64,000 bases of DNA from a virus: positions 1 to 64,000 of the IMG/VR virus record IMGVR_UViG_3300001605_000008, one strand, 5' to 3'. Shown piece after piece: positions 36,247 to 45,336 of this stretch. How positions within the stretch are numbered: the first letter of the stretch is position 1; every line of letters starts with the position of its first letter. Made by a program: the position numbers and the translations under genes. The notes below the pieces were generated by a model, which saw only the letters and a program-made list of their open reading frames with translations, had not been told where the DNA came from and did no database searches.

Positions 36247-36947
36247 TCAACATCGTTTGTTTGAAATGGGGAACAAAATACAGCGCAGCCTATGTGAACC
36301 GTCTTTACTATGCTGTAGAACGTCATACCACAAAAGATTTTCAGTTCTGGTGCTTCACTGAAGATACCAATGGCATTGATGTTCATGTAAAAACGTTGCC
36401 TCTGCAGTACCCCGATCAACTAGAGTCCTGGTGGAACAAGATATCCTTGTTTGACTCCGATAACGGGCTGCCCTTGGGTGAACAGATTTTTTACGTAGAT
36501 CTGGATACTCTTATAGTTGACAATATCGATCAGCTGCTGACCGACGTTGTACCAGATATCATTGTGTTGAGAGATTTTTATCATGGTATCGCTCGCACCG
36601 CAGGAAAAATAGGATCAGGATTGATGTCCTGGCGGCATGGCAATTACGACACTGTCTGGCGGGAGTTTATCCAAAATCCCAAAGCAGCCATAGCGTCGGT
36701 GTATCCACACGGTGATCAGCACTGGGTGGAATCCCAGATTGACGCTTGGTATTATTGGCAAGATTTGTTTCCCGATGCTGTGGTCAGCTTCAAGATGCAT
36801 TGCCAACAAGGCATACCCCAAGGAAGTCGCATAATCTGTTATCATGGAAATCCAGGGATACCGGAATCTGTGACTTTTACCGGTAGAGATTGGCGATGGA
36901 AGTTGACCCCGCAACCGTGGGTGCTAGATCACTGGAGAGATCAATGA
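36243..36947 (+). CDS. GT-A fold glycosyltransferase (paralog of 32519..33238)
   Basis: IVCLKWGTKY, WWNKISLF, YVDLDTLI, GDQHW, YHG-x-P. Confidence 0.8.
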   Translation: MINIVCLKWGTKYSAAYVNRLYYAVERHTTKDFQFWCFTEDTNGIDVHVKTLPLQYPDQLESWWNKISLFDSDNGLPLGEQIFYVDLDTLIVDNIDQLLTDVVPDIIVLRDFYHGIARTAGKIGSGLMSWRHGNYDTVWREFIQNPKAAIASVYPHGDQHWVESQIDAWYYWQDLFPDAVVSFKMHCQQGIPQGSRIICYHGNPGIPESVTFTGRDWRWKLTPQPWVLDHWRDQ

Positions 36948-37651
36948 ATCAGTATCGTGTACGTTTTGTAGTCTTGCCTGCTCGAGACATATTTGGCATG
37001 GTGGGTCGCTGCGGTGGCGGTTATAACAGCCAGTGGACTGACTGGAGCGATCAAGGACGACACAAACGCGAACTGATCATGCGAGAGTTTGAAGAAGGAC
37101 TAGACGCCATCTGTGGACACTACAGCCGACTAGAAGCCAGTATATTGGCCGAGGGTGTTCGCAATCCTGTTACTATCACCTGCGGACTCCCGCGCAAACG
37201 CACCATGCAGCATCTACCACCGGAGATGAGATCTCTATCGCCGGATCAATTGCTGTTGCTGGAGACCACTGTGGGTGGAAGTCGACTGCACATCTGTCAG
37301 AAATACAACATGAAAATCGCGTGTATCGTCAACGACTGGACTGGAAGATTCGCCCATGAACCCGAGATACGCAGCGAAACCGAAGCCAGGTTGTGCTACA
37401 TAGACCAACCGCAGTCCGTGACATTTCATCCTGACTGGGGATTCATCGAAAGATTTGACCAGAAAAAAGTGGGGCACCATCTGGGAGATGAATGGAGCGA
37501 AGACAAAATAATGCCATTGCGTGCTCCATTATGGATACGTATCATGAATCAACACGGATATCGTGTGGAGAATCTTCCCAGGATAGTGTTAGATGTATTA
37601 AAACAAGCCGGAGTCAATCAGGACGATGTCAGTGCTGGCCCAGCCAAGTGA
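36944..37651 (+). CDS. ParB/sulfiredoxin-like domain protein
   Basis: LEASILAEGVRNPV...GGSRL...IACIV pattern. Confidence 0.4.
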   Translation: MNQYRVRFVVLPARDIFGMVGRCGGGYNSQWTDWSDQGRHKRELIMREFEEGLDAICGHYSRLEASILAEGVRNPVTITCGLPRKRTMQHLPPEMRSLSPDQLLLLETTVGGSRLHICQKYNMKIACIVNDWTGRFAHEPEIRSETEARLCYIDQPQSVTFHPDWGFIERFDQKKVGHHLGDEWSEDKIMPLRAPLWIRIMNQHGYRVENLPRIVLDVLKQAGVNQDDVSAGPAK

Positions 37652-38396
37652 GACTCTTGTCCAACCAAGGCAGCACTAGATCACGCTGACGGAGATATCC
37701 ATGTCGGGTGATGCTGTCCACAGCAGATTCGGGCAGTAATCCTTTTTCGATTAGATCGTACCAGCGAGTGACTTTAGGATCCATGGGTGCGTGCTCGCTC
37801 TTGTACACGGCAGCATGCAACCAACTGTCATCGGGCTGTTTCAGGAAGTGCCCAGCCGCACAGTCAAATCCTGACACTGCCAACACATGCAGGAGATTCA
37901 CCATGGTCCATGACCAATAGCAATAATCACGCTGGTCATAGGCCTGTTCGCGATGTTCCATCTCGCACATCTGCGGTACTATGATGATCAGCATGCCGTT
38001 GGCGTTCATTGCCGAGTGCCAATTACGCAGAGTGGCAAATGGATCTATCACGTACTGGAATACATCGTGGCACCACATCACATCAAACTTCTTGTTTGAT
38101 AAAAGCTCCTGCTCGATGTCCTGGCGTTGATACTGCACGTTTTTGTATTTTCTCGCTGCAGACAATCTAGGGATCTGATCAAATCCTGTGCATTTGATAT
38201 CAAGAGGACGTTGCTGTTCATCCCGCGACGTGCGGGTGGCCCACCATTCGATGTCTAGTCCTTCCCCGCAGCCCATGTCAGCTAGAGTACCAATGCTTTC
38301 CATGAAATCATCATATTCGTACAGCAGATCCAGTGTTTTTAAACTGTGCTGATGACTGTCAGTAGAGGAGATAAAGGGTTGATGCACTATGCCCAC
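37629..38396 (-). CDS. class I SAM-dependent methyltransferase
   Basis: DMGCGEG motif I; FDVMWCHDVFQY. Confidence 0.85.
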   Translation of the reverse strand: MGIVHQPFISSTDSHQHSLKTLDLLYEYDDFMESIGTLADMGCGEGLDIEWWATRTSRDEQQRPLDIKCTGFDQIPRLSAARKYKNVQYQRQDIEQELLSNKKFDVMWCHDVFQYVIDPFATLRNWHSAMNANGMLIIIVPQMCEMEHREQAYDQRDYCYWSWTMVNLLHVLAVSGFDCAAGHFLKQPDDSWLHAAVYKSEHAPMDPKVTRWYDLIEKGLLPESAVDSITRHGYLRQRDLVLPWLDKSLTWLGQH

Positions 38397-38398
38397 GA

Positions 38399-38851
38399 TC
38401 AGACCTGCGCATCTTCCATGCCAGCGGTTCGCAGACGTGTTATATGGCCCAGCATGAAGTTTTTAGACTCCATGCCTTTCATCACACCCAGGAAACGATT
38501 GCGCAATAGGGCTACTTCGTTGATGATGGTTTCAAAATCTATCACTTCGTCCTCACCATCCACATATTTTTCAGCATCACGGCTAGTGAGCTGTCGCGCA
38601 TAGGCTTCCAGATATTTCTGGAAATGACGCCGACGTATCTTCCTCAACTGTATGTTGAGATAGTTGAGGATGGCTTCAATTTCCTGTAGCTGATTAAACC
38701 GATGCTCGGTTATGCCCGGAAGTTCCTTGATATTGATCTCAACATAGCCACCGATACGGCATTCTTTTTTAGCGTCTTCCAGCTCACGTTCGTAGTGTGC
38801 GATAAAATCTGGTATATTACTCAGACTGGCGACAACACGGCTATACCACAC
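38399..38851 (-). CDS. uvsY: UvsY recombination mediator
   Basis: KYLEAY.R.LTSRDAEKYVDGE and adjacency to uvsX. Confidence 0.8.
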   Translation of the reverse strand: MWYSRVVASLSNIPDFIAHYERELEDAKKECRIGGYVEINIKELPGITEHRFNQLQEIEAILNYLNIQLRKIRRRHFQKYLEAYARQLTSRDAEKYVDGEDEVIDFETIINEVALLRNRFLGVMKGMESKNFMLGHITRLRTAGMEDAQV

Positions 38852-38853
38852 GA

Positions 38854-39099
38854 CTAGTACTCGTCATCATAGGAATCTTCATCTTCTTCGTCGACGTCTT
38901 CGGAATCATGGTCGTCCAGATAACTTTGCAAAGCACGACGCACGTCTGTGTCACCTTTGAATGCATCACGAATCTGCTCGGCATCGTAGTCGTTGTCAAT
39001 CAAGACGCTGACCAGACTTTCGGCTGCATCCGCACGATCCGACGCATTCCAGGTGTGCTTCAAACCCGACCAGATTTCGTATGCTAGATCTACTGCCAT
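38854..39099 (-). CDS. acidic hypothetical protein
   Basis: 81-aa ORF between uvsX and uvsY. Confidence 0.65.
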   Translation of the reverse strand: MAVDLAYEIWSGLKHTWNASDRADAAESLVSVLIDNDYDAEQIRDAFKGDTDVRRALQSYLDDHDSEDVDEEDEDSYDDEY

Positions 39100-39101
39100 T
39101 G

Positions 39102-40163
39102 TTATTCCTCCTCAGAAATGATATCGGCAGTACTTACCTCGGACTTTTGATTTTGGAAGTCCAACATGACTTTGTCAAGACAGCCCTCCTCGTTTGATTC
39201 CCAGGCCTTGCGGAACTGTTTGATGATTTCACCATCGCTGGTAGTGAAGGCCAAGCGATTGCCGTCTTTCTTGAGCAGGCCTTTTTTCTCTGCCAGGTCA
39301 GTGAGGCCAGAATAAGGATTCATTCCTGTTTCATAAGGAATTTTGATCTGCACACCTTCAAAGGGTTTGGCATAGCGTGTTTTCATGACCTTGCAAGCAG
39401 CACGGATTCCCATGACGTCGGAGATCTTGTTGCCGTCCTCGTCTTCTTTGAGCTTGAGTTTCTTCATAGCAACAACAATACTTGATGCATAGATAAAACC
39501 TTGTCCGCCTGAGATCTTGTCATCAGGATCAAACATGTCCTGGCTAGCATAGGTATGGTTGGTACACACCATGCCCACGTTATAGCTGCCAAACATGTTG
39601 ACACAGTTACGCACAAGTGATGTAAGTGCTTTGGGTTTGCGACCCAGGTCACCTTTCATTTCTCCTGCTTCAAACTGGTTCACATCGGTAGGTGTGAGCA
39701 ACATACCCAGACTGTCAATCACGAACAGGATCTTGGGACGCTCTTCAGGATTTAGTGTCTTGTAGTCTGCCATGAATGTAGCGATGGTCTTGGCCACGTC
39801 ATCGATCATGGCCATGCTTAGTTTAAGCAGTTTGTTTTCGGAAGTATCCACACCCAAGGCCTTGAGCCAGTCTTCGTCTAGAGCATTTTCCGAATCAACC
39901 AGCACAACAAAGATGCCTTGCTCCTGTGCATTTTTTACGATGTTGCCAGAACAGATATAACTCTTGCCTGCTCCAGATTCGCCCGCAAACACAGTGACCT
40001 TGCCCAAGGGAATGCCTCGATTAAAGTCACCGGAAATCAAATAGTTTAAAGCGTAATTTCCTGTGGAAATCCAGTCTGTAGGATCGTTAAATCCTATGGA
40101 CAGTCCGTCAATAGATTTGGTAATTTCCTTGCGGAATTTTGATACATCAAAAGGTTTTGCCAT
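39102..40163 (-). CDS. uvsX: UvsX/RecA-like recombinase
   Basis: ISTG, GESGAGKS, VIDSLG, NHTY, SGG. Confidence 0.95.
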   Translation of the reverse strand: MAKPFDVSKFRKEITKSIDGLSIGFNDPTDWISTGNYALNYLISGDFNRGIPLGKVTVFAGESGAGKSYICSGNIVKNAQEQGIFVVLVDSENALDEDWLKALGVDTSENKLLKLSMAMIDDVAKTIATFMADYKTLNPEERPKILFVIDSLGMLLTPTDVNQFEAGEMKGDLGRKPKALTSLVRNCVNMFGSYNVGMVCTNHTYASQDMFDPDDKISGGQGFIYASSIVVAMKKLKLKEDEDGNKISDVMGIRAACKVMKTRYAKPFEGVQIKIPYETGMNPYSGLTDLAEKKGLLKKDGNRLAFTTSDGEIIKQFRKAWESNEEGCLDKVMLDFQNQKSEVSTADIISEEE

Positions 40164-40172
40164 GATTTTTCC

Positions 40173-41318
40173 TTATTTCAATGAATAGAGTTCTAAAAAT
40201 GTTTTTTTACTGTCGAGGTTTCTACGTCGATCCATCTCAGTGAGTTCGTCAAATGATCGTGATAGATTTTTTTCCATGGGCTGATCTAGATAAGATCGTA
40301 TGTTCCGATAACTGTCCTCTAAGAGGTACCCAGGGCGTTCATCTATCTTGTTTTCCAATGTTTTCTTAATTGATTCTAGCACAAAATCTGGTAGATGTCT
40401 AATATTTAGGTAATCAGGATTGAGCAAGGCACCGGCAACGAAACTGTTGTTATGAAAACCGGATTTTTGCAAAAATGCAACACAATCAAAAAAAGATCTG
40501 AAATTCAAAAGGAAATGAAGCATATTAAAGGTTATCTTATGTGGCAACTTTTTTATAATACCGAGATTTTCACAAAAATCTTTCCACTTGCCACCGTAAC
40601 GTATGTATTCAAATTCTTCCTCTAGGCTTTCAACACTCACAGTCCAATGCACATTGGGAAAATCACACAGTCGATCAAAAACAGCAGTGTCTGCTTTGCT
40701 AAGATTGGTATTAACTCGAAGACTTACTGTTGGATTGACCTTTTGTAAGATATCCAACAACTCTAAATTTTGTTTCATCAACAAAGGTTCACCACCGGCT
40801 AGATAAACATGTTTTAAAGTAGCAGCATGATCAAAAATGTAACTCTTAAACGAATTTTTTTGTTCCTCGGACGGTTCATTGATTTCTGTTCTGAGTTCTT
40901 GTGCCCAGCGGCTAGAAAAGGTTGGGCCGCAATACACACATCCAAAATTACAAAGATTAGACCATCTTACATCTATGGTATGTAGCTCATGGTTATTTGA
41001 CTGGTAGGTTTCAAGTGGCACATGTTTGAGCTCTCGTATGTAAAATATACGGTCACTGATCATGTCTAGATTATTTTTGCCCCTCTCTAAATCATAGCAA
41101 GGATGGCAATTTTTTCCCGGTTGCCGATCAATTATTTGGTTCTGCGTCTGGATATTTTCTTTTCCGTGTAGTATCTCTTGGATAGAGTGTTGTTGTATAT
41201 TACCAATAGGTGCAGCACTGCGTATACAATTCTTGACCGTGCCATCGAAATTATACATCAACCCGGTCCATGGCATGGGACAAAAATACGGATTGGTCAA
41301 TACATCCTTGGGAGTCAT
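40173..41318 (-). CDS. radical SAM enzyme with SPASM/twitch-like Cys domain
   Basis: CNFGCVYC motif, AGGEP, N-terminal CPMPW...C...CHPC. Confidence 0.9.
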   Translation of the reverse strand: MTPKDVLTNPYFCPMPWTGLMYNFDGTVKNCIRSAAPIGNIQQHSIQEILHGKENIQTQNQIIDRQPGKNCHPCYDLERGKNNLDMISDRIFYIRELKHVPLETYQSNNHELHTIDVRWSNLCNFGCVYCGPTFSSRWAQELRTEINEPSEEQKNSFKSYIFDHAATLKHVYLAGGEPLLMKQNLELLDILQKVNPTVSLRVNTNLSKADTAVFDRLCDFPNVHWTVSVESLEEEFEYIRYGGKWKDFCENLGIIKKLPHKITFNMLHFLLNFRSFFDCVAFLQKSGFHNNSFVAGALLNPDYLNIRHLPDFVLESIKKTLENKIDERPGYLLEDSYRNIRSYLDQPMEKNLSRSFDELTEMDRRRNLDSKKTFLELYSLK

Positions 41319-41857
41319 CGAGGACGTGGCCCAAGAGAAATGTCCGATATCAATAAATTTGGACTTGATACTTCAAATATTTTAATCAACGTATCTGCCC
41401 ACTCATCGACATCGGCTGCTGGAGGCACTGTTTTGTCGGGGCTAGTGGCTATATTGCCCGGTCTTACCAAGGTGAGGCGAATCTGTAAATTCTGATGACG
41501 TATCTGGCGTACTGCTTCTTCTAAAGCAATTTTTTGTACCCGATAAAGATGCATATCAAGTCCCGGTATCGAAGAGATCGGTTGTTGGGTCATCATGGTA
41601 GAAATTACTACAATATGCTTTCCTGTTCCTTGCCAACGCCGAGCCATTTCAAAAAGCAGTTCGGTCTGTGCAAACCCTTCTTGTGCGTTGTTTACCCACA
41701 TGTCGCAGGGGTCGATCGCAGCAGAGATCTTTGGAATATTACGGATATTCCATCCTTCTCTCTTGCTGAATCCAAATATCTGATGCCCTTGCTGAGAGTA
41801 ACACTCTGACAAGGCTTTTCCTATTCCGGCAGTATGTCCGGTTACCGCTATTTTCAT
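41315..41857 (-). CDS. short-chain dehydrogenase/reductase
   Basis: TGHTAGIG, VNNA, YRVQK (YxxxK), RPG. Confidence 0.85.
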   Translation of the reverse strand: MKIAVTGHTAGIGKALSECYSQQGHQIFGFSKREGWNIRNIPKISAAIDPCDMWVNNAQEGFAQTELLFEMARRWQGTGKHIVVISTMMTQQPISSIPGLDMHLYRVQKIALEEAVRQIRHQNLQIRLTLVRPGNIATSPDKTVPPAADVDEWADTLIKIFEVSSPNLLISDISLGPRPR

Positions 41858-42825
41858 AGATAATCCCGTATGTTGATGTTTCTCAGTTTGTCCTGGCGAG
41901 CGATAAAATCATCAATGTCTTGTTGATTATTCTGTTCCGTGGCTATAAATCCTGGATCAAGGTCCTTGGCCGGTTGACTAAAACTATTTTGATACCGCAA
42001 ATTCAATGCCGACGGATTTTCTAAGTAAGCCCAGCTATGATTAATATCGTGAGATTGAGAATAATTTTTTATGTTGGAAAAATCTGCCACATTTAATGCA
42101 TGTAGTGTGGTCCAGGTTTGTAATTCTAAGTTCGTATGCTGTGACCGCAATAAAAGATATTTGTTTACGGTTCGCTCATAATTAGCCCATCGCACAGGCC
42201 ATCTGACATAATCATGAGTACGGCCAATACCATCTAGACTCAAAGTGACTATAAGTTTGATATCTTGATCTAGTATGTTTTGAATGTTAGGTAACATCCT
42301 GCTGCCATTGGTATTTACCCGCAGGATTTTGGTACTAGGTGGCAAATTTTCTAACAATTTCTGATACCCGGGACTGGCAGTGGGTTCTCCTCCATTGATA
42401 TCTATCTCTACCACTCGTTCCATGGGCACACGATCAAATAAAAAACCATTGTCTATTCGTGGATAGTTTGCAGATTGTAGCGAGCCGATTTTGGTACTGA
42501 GACCAGCGTTGCAGGACTGACATGCACTGTTGCAGATGTTATCTAGCACTCCTCCTAATATGAGATAATCAGGGTTCTTGTTCAACATAGCATGTTTTTT
42601 GATAGAAAAAAGCCTGATGCTGTGCGAAGGCTCGGTATCTTTGCATCGTTGGCATTCTTGGGGCCATATATCTTTTTCCATCTTTGCCCGTATGTCCAAT
42701 AGCCATTGACTAGATTGCATGGATTCCCAATTTTCAAATCCTGGTGCTCCGATCATGTGACCACACTTACCGACGGTTCCGTCGGCATTGAATCTCACAA
42801 AATGATCAAGTCTTGGACAATACAT
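41854..42825 (-). CDS. radical SAM enzyme with SPASM/twitch-like Cys domain
   Basis: CNSACQSC motif, NGGEP, NTNG; N-terminal CPR...CGH...CQRC. Confidence 0.9.
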   Translation of the reverse strand: MYCPRLDHFVRFNADGTVGKCGHMIGAPGFENWESMQSSQWLLDIRAKMEKDIWPQECQRCKDTEPSHSIRLFSIKKHAMLNKNPDYLILGGVLDNICNSACQSCNAGLSTKIGSLQSANYPRIDNGFLFDRVPMERVVEIDINGGEPTASPGYQKLLENLPPSTKILRVNTNGSRMLPNIQNILDQDIKLIVTLSLDGIGRTHDYVRWPVRWANYERTVNKYLLLRSQHTNLELQTWTTLHALNVADFSNIKNYSQSHDINHSWAYLENPSALNLRYQNSFSQPAKDLDPGFIATEQNNQQDIDDFIARQDKLRNINIRDYL

Positions 42826-43462
42826 GAGTCAGGCTTTGGAATTTCTTGGAAATAATATTCAATGGGCAGGCCGGATGTCTATGATAGATTGCTAACAGTT
42901 CTTGCCAGGTCATCGATTCACCTCTATATCCCAACAGTATACGATCTAGTAGAAACCAAAGTTCTAGAGATCTAGTATGTTCTAACACAAGATCTGCCCA
43001 GGCCTGATCATAAGGCAATATCCAGGCACGATCACGGAGCTGGGTAACATTTTCTAGTTCCGAAAGATCGTGCAATCTTATGACACAATCCTTGGTTAAA
43101 AATCTAACAAGATTCAAGATCCAATGCCACTGTGGTAGATAGTGTCGATTGAGAAAAGAATATTTTAATGCCATGTGTGTGCAGGTATCTCGATCTAGCA
43201 TGGGATGATCCCGACATAGATGCTGCACAAAAGTATTGACTCCACTGAGATATCTGTCTACTGGATCCCTGAGAAAAATGTCCACTGAATCCAGAGTCAT
43301 TAAATCCAGATTGGATACAATTTTCCAGTTTTGCTTCTTGGCTTCTGTTCGCAATGAAGAACTGCCATTTTTCTGAATTAGATAAATCTGTAGATTGTGA
43401 GGTGGCGCTAGTACCACCTCACAATCATCTGGAAACAGCTCTTGATCCAGATTGGTCAGCAT
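42806..43462 (-). CDS. sulfotransferase family 2-like protein
   Basis: IQKNGSSSL (5'-PSB-like), RDPVDRYLSG (3'-PB-like), HYLPQ. Confidence 0.6.
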   Translation of the reverse strand: MLTNLDQELFPDDCEVVLAPPHNLQIYLIQKNGSSSLRTEAKKQNWKIVSNLDLMTLDSVDIFLRDPVDRYLSGVNTFVQHLCRDHPMLDRDTCTHMALKYSFLNRHYLPQWHWILNLVRFLTKDCVIRLHDLSELENVTQLRDRAWILPYDQAWADLVLEHTRSLELWFLLDRILLGYRGESMTWQELLAIYHRHPACPLNIISKKFQSLTHVLSKT

Positions 43463-44451
43463 TAGCCCTTGTTCTGACGAGCCCGGATCATGGCCAGGAT
43501 GTCCTGAGCATTCTGTCCGCCAGCAGCTGGTTTGGCCACAGGTTCTGATGCAGGCTCATCTTCATCAAATGAGCTTGCCGCAGGCGCAGGCTTGGCCGCT
43601 GCTGCAGGAGCTGCCACGGATTCCTCTTCCACCGCGGATAATGCTGCTGATCCAGCAGCAGGAGCTGCCACACCAGCTGGTCGGAAGTACTGACCCCAAC
43701 GCTCGGCATCGTAGGCTTTGCCATCCACGGATGCTTCAAACATCTCTTTCATTACTTTCAACTCAACATCAGTTGGCTTCTTGGGCAGGAAGTCACTCAG
43801 GGTAAACAAGCCATGTGCGGCCAGTGCTGCTTGTTCCGCTTCTGTAAGCGCAGTTTCTTTGCGGCTCCACTTGGAAGTATTGTAGTCAGCATATCCACCC
43901 TTGGATGTTTTGGTGATACGGAAGTCCAGGCCACGCATCAAGTCCGTGGGCAGTTCTTCCAGTTCAGGATCCATCAGCGCGGATTTGATCAAGGTAAAGA
44001 TCTGTGGACCGATGATGAAACGCCGGATGGGATTCTCCGGGGTCTTGTCGTCGCCCAAGGGATTTTCACGCACAAATCCCTGCATGATGTATGAACGTTT
44101 CTTCCAGTACTTGCGACCCATGTCTTCCAGGCTCTTGTCCTTGAACCAGGTACGCACTTCTGCCAGGATCGGACAGGCTTCGCCCCACATTTCCACGCAG
44201 GGAACATTTACCTGTACTTGTTTGGAGTCCATTTCACCTTTGATACCGGCGAATGGAAGTTTGATCATTGCACGTTCTGCCCAGAAGAAAGTGTTCTTTG
44301 AGTCACCATCTGGTAGGAAGCGCAGTGTTGCGCTGGATCCTTCGGCCATGTTCCAGTGGGGGTAAATCTGATTATCCCCGGGAGTACCTACACCGCCTTT
44401 GTTGGATTCTGCTGCTTGGAGTCTTGCTCGGATTTCTGAGAGTGAAGCCAT
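43462..44451 (-). CDS. gp32-like single-stranded DNA-binding protein
   Basis: LRFLPD, CPIL, KKRSY, acidic flexible C-terminus. Confidence 0.88.
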   Translation of the reverse strand: MASLSEIRARLQAAESNKGGVGTPGDNQIYPHWNMAEGSSATLRFLPDGDSKNTFFWAERAMIKLPFAGIKGEMDSKQVQVNVPCVEMWGEACPILAEVRTWFKDKSLEDMGRKYWKKRSYIMQGFVRENPLGDDKTPENPIRRFIIGPQIFTLIKSALMDPELEELPTDLMRGLDFRITKTSKGGYADYNTSKWSRKETALTEAEQAALAAHGLFTLSDFLPKKPTDVELKVMKEMFEASVDGKAYDAERWGQYFRPAGVAAPAAGSAALSAVEEESVAAPAAAAKPAPAASSFDEDEPASEPVAKPAAGGQNAQDILAMIRARQNKG

Positions 44452-44481
44452 TTTGTTTTGCCTTTCAATTAAAAGAGAAAT

Positions 44482-45243
44482 TTAAGATTGCCTTAAATGT
44501 TTGCCTACAAGGTTATTATACACAGCCTTGTCTGTGTTTCCTATGGAACTGGATAAATTCATTTCACACCGGTGTTCATGTTGTTTAATCTGGACGGATG
44601 CATAATCGTTGCCGCAGTACGCACAGCATAGCCTACGATAATGTGTGCCTTTGCGAGCTTTATTCATTTCAATAAATTGTTTTTTTCTTTCTTCTAATGC
44701 ACCCGGTTTCTGATATATCCAATTGTTTTTACCGGATACTTTTTCTGCTACCTCTGGTCGTTTCATATGATGTTTGTTGCCACTTGTTTTTGCTACTTTT
44801 TTTGCTACAATATCCGGATCTCTCATTGGATTTTTATTGTCTGGATTGGCCCATCTTCTTTTTTGTGCATCGGCGGCCAACTTATTTTTCTTACCATAGG
44901 AATGATGTTCCGGACCTTTTTTCCCAAAGTGTGGATGATCACTGCCATACAAAGGAGCAATTGCCACGTTATCAGTCTTGTTTAACCATCTACCATCATC
45001 AACAACTTTCATCCGCTTTAGCACACGATTTTCCCAGAGCCGTGCAGATTTTGCATTATCAAAAGTTTTTCGAATTAGTTTAATGGAGGGATCGCCGTGT
45101 TCCTGTATAAATGATTTTACAGATTGGCTTGAAGTTTGGTAGGGATTCCAGAAATCGCTGGGGTCGCAATTTCGTGCATATCGGACGCCATAATACCAAC
45201 GATCGAATTCGGGCCATCCAATAAGATAAGTGTACGGTTTCAT
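44482..45243 (-). mobile_element. free-standing GIY-YIG-like homing endonuclease
   Basis: YTYLI...WYYGVRY N-terminal motif, Y.TSS, conserved E and N; C-terminal basic NUMOD-like segments and CxxC. Confidence 0.75.
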
Positions 45244-45336
45244 GATGTATTAATTGCCTATTTTTTGCCTACTGCATGCCACTACATGCATTTTGTTTAT
45301 TTAGCAAAGTCAACGAAACTTTGCGATTTTATTTGC

